From IMG/VR virus record IMGVR_UViG_3300006737_007029, positions 1-56,152 of that record: a stretch of 56,152 nucleotides of DNA. One strand, given 5' to 3'. This DNA comes from a virus (Duplodnaviria > Caudoviricetes). Shown piece by piece: positions 1 to 6,937 of the stretch (position 1 is its first letter; each line of letters opens with the position of its first letter). The position numbers and the translations under genes were made by a program. The notes below the pieces were generated by a model that saw only the letters and a program-made list of their open reading frames with translations, made no database searches and was not told the origin of the DNA.

Positions 1-3
1 ACT

Positions 4-411
4 GTGTTCTCTATGCATAGAAGTAATAAAAAACCACTCTACGATGATATACATCCTACACCTTTAGACCAATGGAGATTTACCAATGAGGTAGTTGCCC
101 CTTATATTGGTTTGCCTAAGAAAGACAGTGTGCCTGAGATAGTGAAAGAACATGAAAAACTTGTTCGGGGGAAAAGAACTAAATTTATGGATCCAGATAT
201 GTCAAATTATTCGCACCGTGACAAACCTACATATTTCAATATCACTAAGAATATGGACCCATTTGCAACAGATCTATTTCATATTGATACAACTTCTACA
301 GCAGTAACCAATACAAAAATGGCTTTACATAATTGGGACATAAGAGGATTCGACGAAAAACAGGAACCTAAATGGTTCGATTCTATGATTACCCGAATAT
401 TTAAATTGTAA
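4..411 (+). CDS. hypothetical protein, probably the C-terminal part of a gene truncated by the window edge
   Basis: ORF runs from the window edge to TAA at 409-411; no recognisable motif. Confidence 0.55.
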   Translation: MFSMHRSNKKPLYDDIHPTPLDQWRFTNEVVAPYIGLPKKDSVPEIVKEHEKLVRGKRTKFMDPDMSNYSHRDKPTYFNITKNMDPFATDLFHIDTTSTAVTNTKMALHNWDIRGFDEKQEPKWFDSMITRIFKL

Positions 412-439
412 GTTGTTGATCTAATTGGTTTTTATTCGG

Positions 440-467
440 TTGACTCTCCCTAGTTTGGTATTATAAT
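440..467 (+). promoter_or_regulatory. sigma70-type promoter upstream of the MoxR ATPase
   Basis: TTGACT (440-445), 16-nt spacer, TATAAT (462-467); AAAGGTGAG RBS-like sequence before ATG 499. Confidence 0.65.
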
Positions 468-498
468 AGAACTATATTAACTTAACAAAGGTGAGCAG

Positions 499-1584
499 AT
501 GAGCAAAACAGTAGAAACAACAAGACAAATTGGACCAACCCAGGTCATTACAGCCTTAAAACATTGTATTGATCTTAAGAGACCATGCATGGTATGGGGT
601 GCACCTGGTATTGGAAAATCCGACATTGTTAAACAAATTGGTGAGGTTGAAAAACGTGAAGTGATAGATATCAGACTTCCATTGTGGGAGCCAACAGATA
701 TTAAAGGTATTCCATTTTACAATTCAAAATCAAATTTAATGGAATGGGCACCACCAATTGAATTACCAAGTGATCCTAAGAGCACTGCAATTTTATTCTT
801 AGATGAGATTAATGCGGCACCTCCGGCAGTACAGGCGGCGGCTTATCAACTTATATTGAACAGACAGGTTGGTGCTTACAAATTGCCAGAAGGTGTGTCG
901 ATTGTAGCGGCTGGTAACAGAGAGACAGACAGAGGCGTAACATTTAGAATGCCTGCTCCGTTGTCTAACAGATTTGTACACTTGGAAATGAAAGTTGATT
1001 TTGAAGATTGGTTTGAATGGGCAACTTTGAACAATATACATCCGGATGTGGTAGGATACATTACATTCACAAAACAAGATTTGTATGACTTCGATCCTAA
1101 AGGTTCTAGTAAGGCATTTGCTACTCCTAGAACTTGGTCGTTCGTGAGTCAATTACTTACAGAATCCCTGCCTGAGACATCACTCACCGATCTCGTAGCA
1201 GGTGCAGTAGGGGAAGGTTTGGCAATCAAATTTATGGCTCATCGTAAAATTGCGTCAGACCTTCCTAATCCTACAGACATACTAAGCGGTAAAGTAAAAG
1301 AGATGAAGAAGAAAACAGAAGTAAGTGGACAATATTCACTAGCAGTGAGTATGTGTTATGAACTTAAAGAGTCGGCCGATAAAAAAGACAAAGACTTTGA
1401 CAAGAAAGCAGACTGCTTCTTAAACTTTATGATGGACAACTTTGACACTGAACTAACAGTGATGGGTGCCAAGATTGCTTTATCCACTTATAAACTGCCA
1501 ATGAAGCCTAGTAAATTAAAATCCTTTACTAAGTTCCACAAACAATTTGGAAAGTATGTTGTAGCGAGTATGGAAAATGCATAA
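499..1584 (+). CDS. MoxR-like AAA+ ATPase
   Basis: Walker A GAPGIGKS, Walker B ILFLDEIN, AAGNR, LSNRF arginine finger, ATPRTW; paired with a downstream vWA gene. Confidence 0.9.
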   Translation: MSKTVETTRQIGPTQVITALKHCIDLKRPCMVWGAPGIGKSDIVKQIGEVEKREVIDIRLPLWEPTDIKGIPFYNSKSNLMEWAPPIELPSDPKSTAILFLDEINAAPPAVQAAAYQLILNRQVGAYKLPEGVSIVAAGNRETDRGVTFRMPAPLSNRFVHLEMKVDFEDWFEWATLNNIHPDVVGYITFTKQDLYDFDPKGSSKAFATPRTWSFVSQLLTESLPETSLTDLVAGAVGEGLAIKFMAHRKIASDLPNPTDILSGKVKEMKKKTEVSGQYSLAVSMCYELKESADKKDKDFDKKADCFLNFMMDNFDTELTVMGAKIALSTYKLPMKPSKLKSFTKFHKQFGKYVVASMENA

Positions 1585-2764
1585 GTCAGCAGTAGAAGAA
1601 AAACTGGTCACAGCCAGAATATCATTGTTGTTAAAGAAACCTTTCTTTGGCAACATGGCTACAAGGTTGGTATTGAAAGAAACTCCAGGATTGCCAACTG
1701 CGGCCACTGATGGAAAACATTTATATTACAATGCAGACTTTATCAATCAACTAGATGTAAAACAAGTTGAGTTTTTGATCTGTCATGAAGTGCTTCATGT
1801 TGCATTTGAACACATGCTAAGAAGAGGTGAACGAGATCCACAAGGATGGAATGTTGCGGCAGATTATGCAATCAACACTCTGATCATTAATGAAAATATT
1901 GGCAGACCACCCACAGGCGATTTGGCTCCATTATATGATCCACAGTATGACGGCCTAAGTGCAGAACAAATTTATGAAAAATTAAGTGATCACCAAAAAC
2001 AACAAAAAACTTTAGATGTACATCTTGACCTAGATAAGGGTGAAGCAACCATTGAAAACAAAGACGGAACAAAACAAACTATCAAAATCGGCGAAGGCAT
2101 GAGTAAGGCTGAACAAGATCAACTGAAAGATGAAATAAAAAACAGTCTGATACAATCGGCCAAGGCGGCTGAATCATCTGGTGCTGGTAATGTTCCTGTA
2201 GGACTTGAAAGATTGATAACAGATATTACTGCTCCAAAACTAGACTGGAGACAGATGCTTAGAACTTCTATCAAAAGTCAGATCAAAAACAATTATACAT
2301 GGACACGACCATCTAGAAAAATGTATTCCACAAATGCAGTATTACCTGGACTAGATGTAGACAATGAACTTGACGTTCATGTTGCTATAGACACATCAGG
2401 ATCAATTGACAACAAGATGTTGCAAGATTTCTTAGGTGAGATAAATGGGATCAAAGATGAATTTGATGATTACAAAATCAGAGTATGGTGTTTTGATACA
2501 GACGTACATGCTGATGAAACATTTGAAACATGGGATGGCAAAGAACTTGAAGATTACCAACCCGCTGGATATGGTGGTACTGACATTTCAGTAAATTGGA
2601 AATACATGCAAGATGAAGAAATACGTCCATCCATGTTAGTGGTTTTTACAGATGGTGAAACTTGGGACCAATGGGGTGATCCAGATCATTGTGATACACT
2701 TTGGGTTATACACAGTGGAGATCATGTAAAACCACCTTTTGGACAAACCGTTTATTATTCTTGA
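1577..2764 (+). CDS. metallopeptidase-like (HExxH) plus vWA domain protein (DUF2201-like), MoxR partner
   Basis: TAATDG, HEVLH zincin motif, WNVAADYAIN, MIDAS DTSGS, GGTD, VVFTDG; 8-nt overlap with the ATPase. Confidence 0.85.
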   Translation: MHKSAVEEKLVTARISLLLKKPFFGNMATRLVLKETPGLPTAATDGKHLYYNADFINQLDVKQVEFLICHEVLHVAFEHMLRRGERDPQGWNVAADYAINTLIINENIGRPPTGDLAPLYDPQYDGLSAEQIYEKLSDHQKQQKTLDVHLDLDKGEATIENKDGTKQTIKIGEGMSKAEQDQLKDEIKNSLIQSAKAAESSGAGNVPVGLERLITDITAPKLDWRQMLRTSIKSQIKNNYTWTRPSRKMYSTNAVLPGLDVDNELDVHVAIDTSGSIDNKMLQDFLGEINGIKDEFDDYKIRVWCFDTDVHADETFETWDGKELEDYQPAGYGGTDISVNWKYMQDEEIRPSMLVVFTDGETWDQWGDPDHCDTLWVIHSGDHVKPPFGQTVYYS

Positions 2765-2790
2765 CAATCACTCCTTAGATAAATTATAAT
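2761..2790 (+). promoter_or_regulatory. sigma70-type promoter
   Basis: TTGACA (2761-2766), 18-nt spacer, TATAAT (2785-2790); AAGGAG RBS at 2809-2814 before ATG 2820. Confidence 0.7.
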
Positions 2791-2819
2791 GTACATATAT
2801 TATAATATAAGGAGACTTT

Positions 2820-3098
2820 ATGTCAGAAGAAACACAAACAGAAGCAACTGTTCCGCAAGATGGTACAGTTACTACTCCACAAGCAGAGGCGCCAGCACTG
2901 ACTGTGGCAGACTTGAGAAACTTAAGAACTATTATTGATATCTCATCGCAACGAGGTGCATTCAAAGGTGCTGAACTAGGTACTATTGGATCAGTCTTTG
3001 ATAAGTTAGATGCTTTCTTAAAATCAGTTGATGCCAAAGAAGAGGCACAAAAACAAGCAGAAGCACCAGCAGAAACAACTGCAGAGGAGAAATCATGA
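2820..3098 (+). CDS. small phage hypothetical protein
   Basis: Strong RBS; core LTVADL..IIDISSQRGAFKGAEL..G..FDKL resembles a small protein family of large myoviruses; ATGA-coupled to the next gene. Confidence 0.75.
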   Translation: MSEETQTEATVPQDGTVTTPQAEAPALTVADLRNLRTIIDISSQRGAFKGAELGTIGSVFDKLDAFLKSVDAKEEAQKQAEAPAETTAEEKS

Positions 3099-3682
3099 AA
3101 CACATAGGACAATTAAAATCCACTGGAAGTAAAGTGATTATTATCAATAGAACTTTACCAGGTGATCCAATGTCTTCATTAGTGATCGATAAGGATGCAC
3201 TCAGACCATTCGAAGAGGATCAAGTGATGGGGTTATTGGAATCCAATGATGGGCAAAACGCATTTGAGTTTGCACACATACTAGGAAGAATGAGAATGCC
3301 ATTAGAAGATTCATTAGATCCAAATGAAGCATCAGCGGCCAACTCTATACAGGGAATTTCAGTACTTGAACATTTGCACAACAAAGGATTGTTGATTAAA
3401 CAATCAACTGAAAATGTGTTAGTGACAGAAGAAGGTGCTGATGCAATTCAATTGGACAAATTAAACGAATTGATTGCAGAACAAAAGGGTGTTAGAGTAG
3501 AAGGTCTTGCAATACAGGCTGACACAAACGAACAAGGTGATTCTAGAAAAACAGAAGCAAAATTGATGATCAATAGAGCAAACAAACTAGAAGAACAAAT
3601 GTTGGCTATGAGGGAAAGAGCATATGAACTTGATCCTGAACTAAGACCTAAAAAAGGACGACCTAAGAAGTCCGCGGAATAA
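3095..3682 (+). CDS. phage hypothetical protein with C-terminal coiled coil and AT-hook-like KKGRPKK
   Basis: ATGA overlap; 195 aa; ends RPKKGRPKKSAE. Confidence 0.75.
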   Translation: MKHIGQLKSTGSKVIIINRTLPGDPMSSLVIDKDALRPFEEDQVMGLLESNDGQNAFEFAHILGRMRMPLEDSLDPNEASAANSIQGISVLEHLHNKGLLIKQSTENVLVTEEGADAIQLDKLNELIAEQKGVRVEGLAIQADTNEQGDSRKTEAKLMINRANKLEEQMLAMRERAYELDPELRPKKGRPKKSAE

Positions 3683-3688
3683 TCCGTA

Positions 3689-4606
3689 ATGAAGATCCTT
3701 ATATTTGGTGGTGCTGGATTTATCGGGCACCACCTAGTAAACTATTTGCAAAAGGATCACCAGATTTGTGTATACGATAATTTCACTTTATTTGGTATTG
3801 AAAACGAAACTATCAAACAAAAGATTATAAGTTCAAGAATTCAAAATTGGAACAATGTCAATACTATTAATGGATCAATACTTGAGCGAAGCAAAATCGA
3901 TTCATTGTATGCAGACTTTCAACCAGACGTTGTAATAAATCTTGCATCATATCCAAGAGTAAGTTTAGTTGAACAATATCCAACTGTGGCCTCAGAAACA
4001 ATGATCACAGGATTAGTAAACACTTTTTCTTACAAGCCAAAAAAATACATCTTGTTCAGCAGTTCAAATGTTTATGGAAACTATCAAGACGATGCAGATG
4101 AAAACAGTTTGTGTTCGCCTATAAATCTGTATGGCAGTCTAAAACTGACACAAGAAAAACTGTTAAAAGCAATTACAAGAGATAGTGTTGATTATGTTAT
4201 TTTCAGACCAATTTGCGTGTTTGGAGATTATGATATTGCTGATAGACTTATGCCTAAATTTATAAAGTCTGCATTACAAGATCAAGATATATTTTATGCA
4301 CAAGATTCTACAACAGACATCACATATGTAAAAGACCTTATTGAAGCGGTGAATCTTACATTGAAAGATACTGTAAAAAATGAAACTTTCAATATCAGTA
4401 GTGAACAAACATTTACTATAAAAAAAATTGCAGAGTCTGTGGTTGCTTTTTACAACAGTAAAAGCAAAGTATTGCCTGTAAACAGAGAAAAATATTTTCC
4501 TAATCGTGGAGCATTAAATATATCAAAACTGAAATCAATTGGTTATTCTAGTAAGTTTGATTTGAAAGAAGCATTAGAAGACATTGATCACGAGACAATA
4601 TTATGA
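3689..4606 (+). CDS. NAD-dependent nucleotide-sugar epimerase/reductase (extended SDR)
   Basis: GGAGFIG, catalytic YGSLK, FSSSNVYG (lacks the TDE motif of RmlB-type 4,6-dehydratases), DITYVKD. Confidence 0.88.
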   Translation: MKILIFGGAGFIGHHLVNYLQKDHQICVYDNFTLFGIENETIKQKIISSRIQNWNNVNTINGSILERSKIDSLYADFQPDVVINLASYPRVSLVEQYPTVASETMITGLVNTFSYKPKKYILFSSSNVYGNYQDDADENSLCSPINLYGSLKLTQEKLLKAITRDSVDYVIFRPICVFGDYDIADRLMPKFIKSALQDQDIFYAQDSTTDITYVKDLIEAVNLTLKDTVKNETFNISSEQTFTIKKIAESVVAFYNSKSKVLPVNREKYFPNRGALNISKLKSIGYSSKFDLKEALEDIDHETIL

Positions 4607-5748
4607 AGTTACCTATAGAGTTTACAGATTTACAATCACAGTATCAAGAGTGCAAACATGATATTGATCAAGCAGTGCAAGAAGTGTTAGACACAAACAA
4701 TTTTATTACTGGCAATGCAGTGTTTGGAACCACAACAGGATATCGAGACACATTAGAACAAATGATCATGGACTACATAGGTTGTGAATCAGTTGCATCA
4801 TGTGGCAGTGGTACAATGGCATTGATAATTGCTTTGAAGGCCTGTGGCATTGGCCCAGGTGATGAAGTTATAGTTCCTAGTCATACATTTGTCAGTACTC
4901 CAGAATCTATTGCAGTGGTTGGTGCAAAACCTGTGTTTGTTGACATCGATGACTACTATCACATAGACATAGACAAAATTGAACATGCTATCACTGATAA
5001 AACAAAAGCAATTCTGTTTGTAGACATATATGGACAATCACCAGACATAAACAAGATTATCGAAATAAAAAACAAACACAATTTGTATTTGATTGAAGAT
5101 GCCGCTCAGGCATTTGGTTCAGACTATTTAGGAACCAAGTTAGGCGCTGTACAAGGAGTCGACCTTGCTTGTGTAAGTTTCAATCCGGTAAAAAATTTAG
5201 GGGCCATTGGAGATGCTGGTTGTGTAATGGGCAGAAAAGATTTAATCGAAGAATGCAAAATGTATAGAGATCATGGAAGACGTGTTAGATTCGAATATGA
5301 AAAAATTGGTTACAACACAAGGATTGATAATATTCAAGCGGCTGTGTTGTGTGCAAAACTTCCTTATCTGGATAAATGGATGGATAAGAAACAAGAAATT
5401 TGTAGAAAATATAATGATGCATTCAAAGATGTCAAAGGCATAATAAAAACGTTGCCAGAAGTTCCATGGAGCAAGATGACATTCTACGTTTATAATATCC
5501 AAGTAGAAAGACGTGACGAATTAATGCAATGGCTCAAGGATCAAGAAATTTACACAAACATACACTTTAGACATCCTTGTCATGTGTTTGAGCCTTACCA
5601 TAATGGCGTACGGCATCCTTTACCTATCACTGAGCAAGTGAGCAAACACATTGTGAGTTTGCCTTCAAGTCAACACCTCGACACAGATCAACAGGATTAT
5701 ATAATACAAAAGGTTAAGGAATTCTATCACAATGAGATTAGGGTATAA
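4603..5748 (+). CDS. DegT/DnrJ/EryC1/StrS-family PLP-dependent sugar aminotransferase
   Basis: SGTMAL, GIGPGDEVIVP, IEDAAQA, SFNPVKNLGAIGDAG (PLP lysine), NTRIDNIQAA, VSLP. Confidence 0.93.
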   Translation: MKLPIEFTDLQSQYQECKHDIDQAVQEVLDTNNFITGNAVFGTTTGYRDTLEQMIMDYIGCESVASCGSGTMALIIALKACGIGPGDEVIVPSHTFVSTPESIAVVGAKPVFVDIDDYYHIDIDKIEHAITDKTKAILFVDIYGQSPDINKIIEIKNKHNLYLIEDAAQAFGSDYLGTKLGAVQGVDLACVSFNPVKNLGAIGDAGCVMGRKDLIEECKMYRDHGRRVRFEYEKIGYNTRIDNIQAAVLCAKLPYLDKWMDKKQEICRKYNDAFKDVKGIIKTLPEVPWSKMTFYVYNIQVERRDELMQWLKDQEIYTNIHFRHPCHVFEPYHNGVRHPLPITEQVSKHIVSLPSSQHLDTDQQDYIIQKVKEFYHNEIRV

Positions 5749-6937
5749 ACATACCAAAGGCGAAGATCAAGCAAACAAATACTGGAACAACACAATATTA
5801 CCGTTGTTAAACAATGGTTCTTTGTCACATGCAGTAAACAACACTTACAAATATCCTAATCGTATAGGTTTGTATCCAGGCCTTAACTGTCAATTCTTTT
5901 GTACCTTTTGCGGAAGAAACTATGATGCAAAGTATGAACGATCAATTGCGGATGACAGTTTAGATGTTTTCAAAAGTATCATTGATCAAGATCCTAAGTC
6001 AGACGAAAATTGGCAAGACCGATTCCGAATAAGTGGAGGATTAGAACCTTTGACAAATCCTCATATAGGAGAGATTATACGTTACGGAAATTCAAAAGGC
6101 TTTAAAATGCAACTGTACACTAACGGTTATGCATTAACCGAAAACTTTATAGATAAGCAGATTGGTCTGCTAGACCTAGAAGTGATGCGTGTAAGTCTCT
6201 ATGGATATGATGATCAAAGTTATTATTCAGTCACAAAAAACAATAAGTCACACAAAATGGTTTTAAAAAACTTACAGAATTTTTGTAAACGTATGTCAGA
6301 GTCAGACAAACCTTTACGACTAGGAGTCAACTGGATTATACTACCCGGTCATAGCAATGATTTAAAAAAAGTTTTCCGTATGATCAAACAAATTAATGCA
6401 GTCAGTGACTTCAAAATATCATTCATCACACTACGTGAAGATTTCAGCCAAAGTAACAATTATATTTCCAATGTTGAAAGAAGTACTCTACACAATATAT
6501 TTTTAGAAGTTGAAGAAGAATGTGCAAATGACGATGACATGAAACATCTACACATTGATTATGGTTACGCACTACATCCTGTAAGACATGGATTAATCGA
6601 CGGGCCAATCAAAATGGCAAACTATGAACAAATGGATGGATATGGGTTCCCGCAAGTTGCGTCTGCTGTAGACAGTCTGGGCAATCAATATGTGTATCAT
6701 GAAAGTGGATTCCTTGACAGGCCAGGCAGTGATAGATATATCATTGGAAACGTCAAACAAGATTCGATTGAAGATATTGTTAAAAGACATTTGTCTGGGC
6801 CTGGAATAAAACCACGACCTTTTGATGTAGGATTTTTGGATGCATTTGATCACACCATAACATTATTAGTGGATGAAGCCAAAAATGCAGGCAATAGTTG
6901 GTTGGAAAAACTAGAACTTAAATGGAAACCTTATTGA
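5732..6937 (+). CDS. desII: DesII-like radical SAM NDP-4-amino-4,6-dideoxyhexose deaminase (ammonia-lyase)
   Basis: GLYPGLNCQFFCTFCGR (CxxxCxxC), SGGLEPLTNP, LYTNGYALT, RVSLYG, LREDFS, LHIDYGYAL, PQVASAVD, RYIIG, FLDAFD: collinear with motifs I recall from Streptomyces DesII. Confidence 0.85.
   Translation: MRLGYKHTKGEDQANKYWNNTILPLLNNGSLSHAVNNTYKYPNRIGLYPGLNCQFFCTFCGRNYDAKYERSIADDSLDVFKSIIDQDPKSDENWQDRFRISGGLEPLTNPHIGEIIRYGNSKGFKMQLYTNGYALTENFIDKQIGLLDLEVMRVSLYGYDDQSYYSVTKNNKSHKMVLKNLQNFCKRMSESDKPLRLGVNWIILPGHSNDLKKVFRMIKQINAVSDFKISFITLREDFSQSNNYISNVERSTLHNIFLEVEEECANDDDMKHLHIDYGYALHPVRHGLIDGPIKMANYEQMDGYGFPQVASAVDSLGNQYVYHESGFLDRPGSDRYIIGNVKQDSIEDIVKRHLSGPGIKPRPFDVGFLDAFDHTITLLVDEAKNAGNSWLEKLELKWKPY

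Noticed and set aside
2768-3112. 114-aa minus-strand ORF
   Set aside because: Shadow of the + strand 92-aa gene, which has a promoter, RBS and coupling to the next gene
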